This document shows positions 19,753-31,516 of a stretch of DNA of 59,388 nt, one piece after another (position 1 is the first letter of the stretch; each line of letters begins with the position of its first letter). The notes beneath the pieces are model-generated. The model was given only the letters and a program-made list of their open reading frames with translations, did not search any database and was not told where the DNA came from. The stretch is from Spirochaetales bacterium (GTDB taxonomy: Bacteria; Spirochaetota; Spirochaetia; Treponematales; UBA12059): NCBI GenBank assembly GCA_016928955.1, contig JAFGJV010000050.1:1-59388 (forward strand), given 5' to 3'. A program made the translations under genes and the position numbers.

Positions 19753-22700
19753 GGCGCCAGGTTCCTGGTATTGACCGTGGTCGCCGGCCTGCCCACCGGA
19801 GCCATGCTCAGCTCCCGTCCCGGTATGACCGCGAACACGTCTGGCTTGTACATGGCCTCCGCCGTGACCGCCGGCAGGAAATAGGTGCCCGCGTAGGTTT
19901 TATTCACATATATCCGGAAGCTTTTTGTCTCACCGATCCCGAGCCCGAAATAGGTCATGACGCGGTCGTCCCTGATATCCTGGTAGTCGAACTGGGAATC
20001 CTCGGAGTCTGCATCGTCTGCTCCAGAGCGGCCCACCCTCATGTTGCTGATCTCCCAGCCAGACGGCGATCGGAAGGTCAGCGCTATGTCCGACAGGTTG
20101 CCTCCGCTGGTGTTCCTCACCGACAGGACGACGATGATGTCGTCACCCGTGGCTACCTGGTTGGGATCCACGGTCTTGCCGGAGGCGTTTTGGTAGCCGG
20201 CGCTCAGAGCCAGGCCCTCCGCGCGGTAGTTTTCTGAGCCTGGCTTGGGCGTGCCCCGCGCGGCCACGCGGGCGTACACCACGGCCTTGCCTTTGTTTTC
20301 AAGCTTTACCGCAAGCGACCCGGCCTCAACGTCCAGGGCGACACGGGCTATGGTCTTGCCCAGGCTTAGGGTGCCTACCTTGCCGCCGTAGCTGTAGCTC
20401 ACCGTTGTCGTGCCCGACGATGCCGTCTTTATGAAGGGCAGACAGGCCATCAGGGCGTAGGACAGGCTTTGCGTGGAGTATCCCTGGTTCGAGCTCAAAA
20501 GCCCGGCTATGTCCTTGAACAAGAGGAGACCCCTGGCCGTGTCGCCCAACTGGTTGAACGCTTCCAGGATCACGGCCTTGTCTCTGAGAACCGAGCCGTA
20601 TACCCTCTCCATGCCCGCGTATGGCTGTACGTCGACAGTCACACCCTTGACCAGCTCCGATGCCTTGGATTTCATGCCGGCCAGGGCGTAGGCGGAAGCC
20701 AGCTGGTACACAACCGGCGGCCGGTGCGGTCCGTATTCCAGGAGACGGTTCATGCCCGCTATGTCGGGACTGCCGGCCAGGGCCAGCACGTACAGCCGGT
20801 ACGACTGCTCGGCCTTGGCGTGGTCAGTGCCGTCCGCGAACGCCGTTACCCTCTGCTTGAGGTAGTCCAAAGCCGGCTGGAGCACGTCCTGGGCCACCGT
20901 ATACCCTTGTCGTTTGGCCATGACCAGGAAATGGGTAACATAGGCGGACAGCCACTGGCTCTCCTCGTACCCGCCGGGCCAGAACGCAAAGCCTCCGTTG
21001 GCCGTCTGGAAATCAGCCATCCGCGACACGGCCGATATCACGTTGGCTTTGACGTCTGCAAGCTCTTTTGGCCCGAGCGACACGGCGTCCGGCAGGAACA
21101 GCTGCGGGAAGGCCTTGCTGACCGTCTGTTCTCCGCAGCCGTGGGGATAGCCTATCAGATAGCCAAGCCTGCCTGACAGGTCTATAGGCGGTACAAGCGA
21201 CAATTCCAGCCAGGCCTCGTTCGAGCCGGCCAAGCCAGGAAGATCCAGGGCGACCGTGCCCGAGCCACCGGCGGGCACCACCGCCTGGCCCAGGGCGCTT
21301 ACGGGCACTGCCTGCGACCGTACCGGTATGTCCACGGTCTGTGTGGACACCGCGCCGCCGGCTGCCGTGAGTTCGGCGGTAAGGCGTATGCTCCCCAGCT
21401 GGTCCTTGACCTTCAGGGTAAAGTCGGCGAATTCCTCGCCTTCTTCCTTCCAGACAATGTTCCTGACCGCCGAACCTTCCAGCTCGGCCGCCCCTTCTAC
21501 CTTCAGCGACAGTATGCCTGCGGCGTTCTTGCCCAGGAAACCGAAGGCCGATACGGGTATGACGGCCTTTTCCCCGGGTCCTAGTACGCGCGGCGCCGTG
21601 ATAAAGGCCATGAGCGCTGTCTTTACCGGCACTTCCGCCTGGGCTATGCCGTATGCTCCGTCTGGGCTACCGGCCACGGCCATGAAGCGCACGGCGCCCA
21701 CGTAGGGCCCCAGGTCCATTTCATGCGTCCGTTTTTCGCCCCTGCCCAGGGTGAACGGCCCAAAGAAGCGCACCACGGGCGGAAAGCGGTTCACCTTGCG
21801 GTTGCCGCCAGCGTCGCCGAATTCCGAACCGCCTATGCCGAGCAGGGTCTGCAGCTTGCCGGTAAACGCGCCGGCCACATCCTTGTACATGTCATAGGAA
21901 GACAGGTTGCTGGCTTCCTTTTTGAAAAACTGGTCCCAGGGATTGCCCAATGAGAAGCGCGTGATGCCCAGGAGCCCCTCGTCCACCACGGCGACCGTGT
22001 AGGTCATGGGCCTGCCGGAACGCTCGGACACCGTAAAAGCGCTCGCTGTGTTCGGGGCGAGCACGGTAGGCGTGTCCAGCACCGGCTGCAGCCTTGTCAG
22101 GGGATCTTCCACCATGATGGGCACGACCCCGTACAATCGTATGGGCAGGTCGTTGGCCGTCTGAAGGTGGGGCTGAAGGAACGACACGTGGGCGTACACG
22201 TTCGGCGCCATGGCAGCGCTTGCCTTGAATTCCACCGTGGTGGTTCCGTCCTTGGCGTCTACCCAGCGTTTTTCCAGCACCTGTCCGGAGCGCTCGAGCA
22301 CGACATAGGCCCTGCCTTCCTTATTGGACGGGAAGCTGACCTTAATGGTATCGCCCACGTTGTACCGTGTCTTATCGGCCGACAGGCTCAGCATGACCGC
22401 CGACCCTCCGCCGCCCTCGGCCTGGCTCCTGCCAGCCCAGCCTGGCCAGTCCATGTAGAACACGGACGCGGCGGCATGCCCTCCATCCGCGTCGCGCACC
22501 CGGAGCAGGTAGCGGCCCCACTCGGGATAGTTTACCCTGAGCGTGTAGGTGCCCCTGCCGTTGACCAGGGTCAGATGGTCGGTTTCCAATGCCTGCCTGT
22601 ACACGTCCTCAGCGTATTCTGCCAGGCTTTCCTCTCCCTTTTCCCACCACCAGCGCCACTCCAGCTTGTACAGCGACACCTGCACCCGCGACGAGCCGCT

Positions 22701-25340
22701 GACCGGCTTGCCGTCCTTGCCCACCATGATGATCTCCACAGGGTGGTCCTTGTCGGTGAGTATCATGCCACGGGTAGCGTCGCCGGCGGGAAGCTTCAGG
22801 CCAACGTACGTGGGATACGGGTGGAAGTCCGCGGTGAACATCTCGCTTGAGAACAGCCCTGACTGCTCAAAGGCCCGGCTCAGGAAGGTCGCCGACAGGG
22901 GGCCTGGAGCCGGCGCATCGGAGCCCAGGTACACCGAAAAGTCGGCCACGCCGTTGTCGTCCAGATAGCCGTCAAACAGGACCTGCCTGTCCGTTGGATA
23001 GGATCGCGTCGGATCCTGGAAATTGTAGCCCGCGTACGAGCCCGGAGATTTGGACGAGGTCGCCAACACCATGGACACGTCAGCCTTGAGCCCGGGCGCG
23101 GGAGCCCCGTGCAGCCAGGCGGCGGACAGGCTCATGCGGTCCAGGTCGGCGCCTAGGGCGCCTTGGTCGCCATAGTCAAGGCTCAGCTTGAGCCGGTTGG
23201 GCATGACCGTCTCGACCTTCAGGTCTTTGGTGAAGGTGCGGCCGCCCACGCTCACGCGGGCCGTCCAGGTTCCGGTTGGAGCAGCCGCGTCAGTGCCTGC
23301 CTTGATGTAGTAGAAGCCGTTTACGCCCTTCCCCAGGTTGGAGCGACGCGTCACCTGCCCAAGCGGATTGACCAGCTCAAAGGTGACGGGGTGAGCTTCC
23401 GGCAGCACGTCAAGGCGGTCGTACAGGATGAATACCAGGTGCATGTCGTCGCCCGGACGCCACACGCCGCGCTCGCCGTACAGGTAGCCCTTGACGCCTG
23501 CGTCCGAGCTCTGGCCGCCCACGTCAAAATGACTGACCGCGAGCATGCTCGACGGGGTCAACTTGAGGTATCCGCGTTCACGTCCGGTCGTGGCCCTGGC
23601 AGCCTCGGCCACCACAAAGTACGGATCGCCACGCTCGCCGGCGCCCTGCTTGAGCACAACCTGTCCGTTGGCGTCCGCGCTCCCTCGTGCGAGCTCGCGC
23701 AGGGAGTAGCTGTACAGAGCCACCTGCGCCCCGGGCAGGGGCCGAGCGGTCTTGAGGTCGCTGGCCGTAATATGCCACTGGCCGCCCGCGTCCTTACGGG
23801 CCATGATGCCCACGTCAGACACCAGAACATTCCGCTTGGCACTACGGTCCCGGCTGAAATAATAGCGGTTGATATAGAAGGACGGGTGGCAGGGATCGTC
23901 GCGGTAGCGGTAGTATTCGTCCCAGTTAAAATCCCCTTCGTAGTAGTCCCACCAGGACTCGTCGCCCGAACCGCTGTCCGGTATGTAGGCGGGCGGGAAC
24001 ATGTACTTGTCAGAGTCCGGATGGTTGACCTTGCACACATAGCGTATATGCTCGCGGGAGAAGGCCACGCGGAGCTGGAACATGCCGTCCGGGTGTTTGG
24101 CCAGCAAGGGCGACAAGTCCAGGGCGTAGGGCACCCACTGGTTCTTGCGGTCGTCCGTCCACGCCAGGTCTATTTCTTTGGACCACACCACGTCGCCCAC
24201 GCGCTTGAGTTCCCGCGAGCCGTCCAGGTCGTTCACCTGGAGGAACTGCAGCATGTTGTTGCCGTACACGCGCACGGCCTCCACGTACACCGTGGCCAGG
24301 TTCCTGGTCTCCAGTACCACGCGGGTGCCCTGGCTGGATGGAACGATCACGCCGCCCGGCGCGAAGCGCACCTCGGGCAGCTCCCAGTCAACGCTGACCT
24401 CAGCTGACACCGGAGTGGCCAGGATGTCCTGGTCGGCCGACCGTACGCCGCGCTCAACCCGGAGCTCGGTTTCCTCCGGCCAGCTGAGAGACGCGTACAG
24501 CTTGACCACGCCTCCATCCACCTCGTAGCGGAGCTCCCCCGCCCGGTCCGCGCGTATGAGGCCGCGCAGGTCCTGGTCGGGATCCAGGGGCTTGGAGAAA
24601 TGCAGGGACACGCAGGACGGGCCGCCAGGTGCCGGACCTGATACCGAAAGCAGCTCAAAGCTACCCTCGGCCGGTACGGTGTATTTTTTTTCCCCGGAGC
24701 CATGGGCTCCCGCACGCTCGCCGTTCCAGCTCAGGGACAGGGTAGACGCCCGCGCCGTTTGCACTATGTCCTTGACGGTGAACCGGTGGACACCGTCTCC
24801 TTCATGGATCCATGACAAGGCAAGGCCAGAGCCTCCCAGCCTGGCTTCCAAAAGGCGCTCCACGTCGGCGGACGCTTCTATGCCCTCGGACCGTACCACG
24901 CCGTCCACAGCCAACAATCCGTTCCCGGCCGCGTACAGCTCGCCCGGGACAACGCTTATGGACGGCCGCTCAACGGTCACGTCAAAGGAGAACCACCCGT
25001 TGGTAGGTTCTCCCAGGGAGGCAAAATCGAAGACGACCCGGTACCTGCGTCCGGGAGATAGCGGCGTGTCCGGGCGGAACGTGGCCCGGGAACCGTCGTC
25101 GCTCCAGCTGACCGATCCGCTCACCTCAGGGCTCAGCCTGAAGGGCTGGGCTCCGGCCACGGTGGCTGGATCCCTGCCGTTCGACAGCACCACGGTGATG
25201 TCCGCGTCCTTGGCCACAAAGCCCTGGCTGTGCGCCATGACCATGGCAGGGTCCGGCGCGCGCGCCTCTTCCTTGTTCCCGCACGACGCGGCAAAAGCCA
25301 CTAGTGCAGCCGCAAACACGATCACGCGAGCGTTTTTCAT
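19749..25340 (-). CDS. Bacterial alpha-2-macroglobulin lipoprotein
   Basis: Lipobox FAASC from ATG 25340; ERGVWRPGD, AVVDEG, thioester motif GCGEQ, DIRDDR, AEAMY. Confidence 0.93.
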   Translation of the reverse strand: MKNARVIVFAAALVAFAASCGNKEEARAPDPAMVMAHSQGFVAKDADITVVLSNGRDPATVAGAQPFRLSPEVSGSVSWSDDGSRATFRPDTPLSPGRRYRVVFDFASLGEPTNGWFSFDVTVERPSISVVPGELYAAGNGLLAVDGVVRSEGIEASADVERLLEARLGGSGLALSWIHEGDGVHRFTVKDIVQTARASTLSLSWNGERAGAHGSGEKKYTVPAEGSFELLSVSGPAPGGPSCVSLHFSKPLDPDQDLRGLIRADRAGELRYEVDGGVVKLYASLSWPEETELRVERGVRSADQDILATPVSAEVSVDWELPEVRFAPGGVIVPSSQGTRVVLETRNLATVYVEAVRVYGNNMLQFLQVNDLDGSRELKRVGDVVWSKEIDLAWTDDRKNQWVPYALDLSPLLAKHPDGMFQLRVAFSREHIRYVCKVNHPDSDKYMFPPAYIPDSGSGDESWWDYYEGDFNWDEYYRYRDDPCHPSFYINRYYFSRDRSAKRNVLVSDVGIMARKDAGGQWHITASDLKTARPLPGAQVALYSYSLRELARGSADANGQVVLKQGAGERGDPYFVVAEAARATTGRERGYLKLTPSSMLAVSHFDVGGQSSDAGVKGYLYGERGVWRPGDDMHLVFILYDRLDVLPEAHPVTFELVNPLGQVTRRSNLGKGVNGFYYIKAGTDAAAPTGTWTARVSVGGRTFTKDLKVETVMPNRLKLSLDYGDQGALGADLDRMSLSAAWLHGAPAPGLKADVSMVLATSSKSPGSYAGYNFQDPTRSYPTDRQVLFDGYLDDNGVADFSVYLGSDAPAPGPLSATFLSRAFEQSGLFSSEMFTADFHPYPTYVGLKLPAGDATRGMILTDKDHPVEIIMVGKDGKPVSGSSRVQVSLYKLEWRWWWEKGEESLAEYAEDVYRQALETDHLTLVNGRGTYTLRVNYPEWGRYLLRVRDADGGHAAASVFYMDWPGWAGRSQAEGGGGSAVMLSLSADKTRYNVGDTIKVSFPSNKEGRAYVVLERSGQVLEKRWVDAKDGTTTVEFKASAAMAPNVYAHVSFLQPHLQTANDLPIRLYGVVPIMVEDPLTRLQPVLDTPTVLAPNTASAFTVSERSGRPMTYTVAVVDEGLLGITRFSLGNPWDQFFKKEASNLSSYDMYKDVAGAFTGKLQTLLGIGGSEFGDAGGNRKVNRFPPVVRFFGPFTLGRGEKRTHEMDLGPYVGAVRFMAVAGSPDGAYGIAQAEVPVKTALMAFITAPRVLGPGEKAVIPVSAFGFLGKNAAGILSLKVEGAAELEGSAVRNIVWKEEGEEFADFTLKVKDQLGSIRLTAELTAAGGAVSTQTVDIPVRSQAVPVSALGQAVVPAGGSGTVALDLPGLAGSNEAWLELSLVPPIDLSGRLGYLIGYPHGCGEQTVSKAFPQLFLPDAVSLGPKELADVKANVISAVSRMADFQTANGGFAFWPGGYEESQWLSAYVTHFLVMAKRQGYTVAQDVLQPALDYLKQRVTAFADGTDHAKAEQSYRLYVLALAGSPDIAGMNRLLEYGPHRPPVVYQLASAYALAGMKSKASELVKGVTVDVQPYAGMERVYGSVLRDKAVILEAFNQLGDTARGLLLFKDIAGLLSSNQGYSTQSLSYALMACLPFIKTASSGTTTVSYSYGGKVGTLSLGKTIARVALDVEAGSLAVKLENKGKAVVYARVAARGTPKPGSENYRAEGLALSAGYQNASGKTVDPNQVATGDDIIVVLSVRNTSGGNLSDIALTFRSPSGWEISNMRVGRSGADDADSEDSQFDYQDIRDDRVMTYFGLGIGETKSFRIYVNKTYAGTYFLPAVTAEAMYKPDVFAVIPGRELSMAPVGRPATTVNTRNLAP

Positions 25341-25408
25341 AATCGTCAGTCCTTTCGACTCTTGGGACGCCCCGGCAGCCCGGCCGCGACGCCAGCTTAT
25401 ACACCGTT

Positions 25409-26062
25409 CTAACGAGATTGTACGCTGGACAGCAGGTTTTTCATGATCGTTCGTATGTCGTCCCACACTTTTTCAGCCGGACCTTCCCCGTCGACGGGCA
25501 CCAGGGTGCCCCGGGATCGGTAGAATTCCACCAGGGGAGCGGTCTGCTCGCGGTAGTAATCGAGGCGTTTCTGGATGGACGCGGGGTTGTCGTCCTCGCG
25601 GACGTACAGCGCAGATCCGCAAGCGTCACAGCGGCCGGGATTGGCCGGCGGCTGGTACTGTACATGGTAGCTGGCCCCGCACGCCGCGCACATGCGCCTG
25701 CCGGAGAGCCGCGCGATGACCGTGGAATCTGCCACTTCCAGGTCTATCACGTGGTCTTCGGGATCGATGCTGGACAGCGCTTGGGCCTGGGGTATGGTCC
25801 TTGGAAAACCGTCCAAGAGCCAGCCGGAGGCAGCGTCCGGCCGGGACAGCCGTTGGTGTATCAGGTTGATGGTCAGGTCGTCGGGCACAAGGGCGCCCCG
25901 GCCTATCAGGTCCTTGACCGAGCGGCCCAGCTCCGAGTCATCCCGTATGGCCTGCCGGAAAAGCTCGCCCGACGAGATGTGCGGCAGGCCGAATTCTTTG
26001 GACGCCCGCGCAGCCATGGTACCCTTGCCAGCCCCCGGGGGCCCGAAAAATACAAACCTCAT
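25409..26062 (-). CDS. adk: Adenylate kinase with zinc-binding LID
   Basis: GPPGAGKGT, LDGFPRT, CAAC and CDAC, REDD. Confidence 0.95.
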   Translation of the reverse strand: MRFVFFGPPGAGKGTMAARASKEFGLPHISSGELFRQAIRDDSELGRSVKDLIGRGALVPDDLTINLIHQRLSRPDAASGWLLDGFPRTIPQAQALSSIDPEDHVIDLEVADSTVIARLSGRRMCAACGASYHVQYQPPANPGRCDACGSALYVREDDNPASIQKRLDYYREQTAPLVEFYRSRGTLVPVDGEGPAEKVWDDIRTIMKNLLSSVQSR

Positions 26063-26246
26063 GTTGACCCCATGCTCCTCGCGCCCGCTCGTGCAGGCGC
26101 GGGTAAAAAAGAGCTCCCGCGACGCCGACCCTCCCGCCGAGATCTCGACACCCCGTGGGCGGCATCATGTCAGCGGCCAAACAAACGCCAATTCCACCAT
26201 AAACGAAAAACCCAACGCGGTAAACACCAGGGACTGCTCCCACGTC

Positions 26247-27230
26247 CTACTCGCAGCTGCCCGACCAGCCGGGCGCTGGTTTATCCTGGGTAATGCCCCG
26301 TTCCTTGGTGTCATCCAGGCCGCATACGCCCCAGGGCCTGTTCAGGTTGTAGCGAAACAGCACTTCCATGTGGCGTATGACCGACTCTGTGGGGAAAACG
26401 ATCGAAAAGGCGTGGTGCTCTCGGAAATCCGTGCTGGACGGCGTGAGGATTTCCCGCTCGTCCACCACCACCTCATGGCCCTGCTCACGTATGGACTGGA
26501 CGTGGCTGGAAATATCCGGAGCGCCCTCCCGCTTGACGACGAAGGCGTCATAGGAAAAACCCACGTTACGCAGGGCGGCCTCTTCCTTCCAGGCTGCCAT
26601 GTCCTGGGGCAAGAGGCGCGCGGCGTACGGCAGGGCGTCCGAACCCAGGATATGCGTCAGGTGCATGCTGGCGCCGGGGAACAGGCGGATGAAACGCCGC
26701 ACGATCTCTATGGTGTCAGCGCCCTCGCCTATGTCCAGGGGGGCGATCAGCGGATCGAACACGCCGAGCGTCTGCATGCCGAGCAGCTCGCAACGGTAGG
26801 CGTAGTCGCTTTTGGCGGGTTTCTGGGGATTGTCGTAACCTTCCGGAACCACGAACACCACGGGCGCGCGCGCCGAGTCGGACGCCAGGTACCGGAGGGC
26901 CATAGCCAGATGCGTCATTTGGAAGGGATCAAAGGAGCCTATGAACAGGGCCGCCCGTATGTCGTAGCGAGGAAAGCGCACGACCTGCGGAAAGTCGCGC
27001 AGGTCTACCGGCTCGAGTTTGCCATGGACGATCCTCCGGTCTATGCGTAGAAGGGCGTCCTCGTACAACTCTCGGTAGTACGCAAAGCCGTGCCTGTCCA
27101 GCGCGCTGAGGTATGAATAGGCGCCCAGGCGGTCGAACACGGCCGCCGTTTTCCCGAGCGCCCGCCGCACCAGGGCCGAACGCGGCTGGATATCCGGCTC
27201 ACCTTCAGCTTTTTTGTCCTCGTCCATCAT
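26247..27230 (-). CDS. Divergent NadD-like (cytidylyltransferase superfamily) nucleotidyltransferase
   Basis: ALFIGSFDPFQMTHL, ILGSDAL and SSTDFR echo NadD motifs; start uncertain. Confidence 0.6.
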   Translation of the reverse strand: MMDEDKKAEGEPDIQPRSALVRRALGKTAAVFDRLGAYSYLSALDRHGFAYYRELYEDALLRIDRRIVHGKLEPVDLRDFPQVVRFPRYDIRAALFIGSFDPFQMTHLAMALRYLASDSARAPVVFVVPEGYDNPQKPAKSDYAYRCELLGMQTLGVFDPLIAPLDIGEGADTIEIVRRFIRLFPGASMHLTHILGSDALPYAARLLPQDMAAWKEEAALRNVGFSYDAFVVKREGAPDISSHVQSIREQGHEVVVDEREILTPSSTDFREHHAFSIVFPTESVIRHMEVLFRYNLNRPWGVCGLDDTKERGITQDKPAPGWSGSCE

Positions 27231-27293
27231 TGTCAGTGTACGACGAGGTCCTCGAGCACGCAATCCGCTTTCCGCGCCATGTAACAGCTTTTT

Positions 27294-27399
27294 GGGAACC
27301 TCTAAAAACCCTATGGTTATTAGAGGTTCCCTGCGTTTTCGGCCGAAAACGCAAGTTTTTCTAAGGTAACCCTCTAAAAACTGCAGTTTAGAGGCTACC
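27294..27399. repeat. Family A repeat, full-length triple-hairpin form
   Basis: GGGAACCTCTAA..TTAGAGGTTCCC, then TGCGTTTTCGGCCGAAAACGCA, then CCTCTAAAAACTGCAGTTTAGAGG; inverted copy at 55767. Confidence 0.9.
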
Positions 27400-27406
27400 T
27401 TTTTAT

Positions 27407-27548
27407 CGAGGCTCTTTCAAAAGTCGGACGAGTTTTGAAAGAGCTACATATAGAGACGTGGTTTGCGTAGCGCTTGCGAAATATGCAAACAACCGCGAGC
27501 AATCGCAAAGCTAATTTCAGAAGTAACAGATTTTTGAAATTGGCACTA
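27407..27548. repeat. Family B 142-bp MITE-like repeat
   Basis: Reverse complement of 58239-58380 with about 10 mismatches by manual alignment; hairpins at both ends. Confidence 0.9.
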
Positions 27549-27665
27549 TCGATAGCGGATGTACGTGATGCGTAACGGGAGGCAGCATGGCCAAAATATC
27601 CCGGCCTGCGCGCATGATCAGGATATTTCTTCTATATTGGGTATTATTGTATAGATATTTTTTAC

Positions 27666-27693
27666 TTGCTTTCCACCCAGGACGGTGTATCAT
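27666..27693 (+). promoter_or_regulatory. Putative sigma70 promoter of the hydrogenase operon
   Basis: TTGCTT-N16-TATCAT preceded by an AT-rich tract. Confidence 0.5.
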
Positions 27694-27783
27694 CCAAGCA
27701 CAGCCCTGCTTCAACTGTCAGGCATCTAGCTCTGCATCCGGCGTCGCACATCCTTGAGGGCCACTCGCCTTGAGGAGCGCAGT

Positions 27784-28349
27784 ATGAGCGAACTTGGCAC
27801 AGCCGCCTTGAGCGGCAAGGCATCGGTCACAGGGGCGTCGGCACGCCCCATATCGGACGACCTCAGAAAACAGGTGGCGGCAAGCGCGGCCGCCTACCGG
27901 GACAAGCCGGGAGCCCTCCTGTCCGTCCTGGAGGAAACCCAGCGCCTTGATCCCAACCGCCACCTGAGCGAGGACGCGCTCAGGGCCATTGCCGAGGCCA
28001 TGGACGAGCCCCTGTCCAGGGTGTACTCGGTAGCCACCTTCTACTCGTACTACAGCCTGGTTCCCCAGGGCCAGCACGTGATCGTGGTATGCAGGGGAAC
28101 GGCCTGCCATACGCGCGGCTCCCTTGGCTTGCTACAGGAGACCCTGGCCATGCTCGGCGCAGAGGATTTCCGCGAGGACGAGGAAGCGTCGTTCACAACG
28201 GCCGACCGCAAATTCACCGTGCGCACCGTGGCGTGCTTCGGGCAGTGCGCCCTGGCCCCCGTCGTGTCCCTGGACGGTGTGATCCTGTCCCGCCTCACGC
28301 CTTCCAAGCTGAAAGCGGCCATAGAACGCGTGGCTAGGGGAGGCAAACG

Positions 28350-28353
<4 letters not shown>
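27784..28353 (+). CDS. hydC: [FeFe]-hydrogenase HydC/NuoE-like 2Fe-2S subunit
   Basis: VATFYS, CRGTAC and CFGQCALAP; RBS GAGGAG; ATGA overlap with the next gene. Confidence 0.9.
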
Positions 28354-31502
<3,149 letters not shown>

Positions 31503-31516
31503 TCGGAGGCACGGTT

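Noticed and set aside
17284..25340. Alpha-2-macroglobulin plus pbpC as a novel system
   Set aside because: A well-known conserved gene pair; the CGEQ thioester motif is canonical
27640..27666. Possible Rex operator upstream of the hydrogenase
   Set aside because: Only the left half resembles TTGTGAA-N4-TTCACAA
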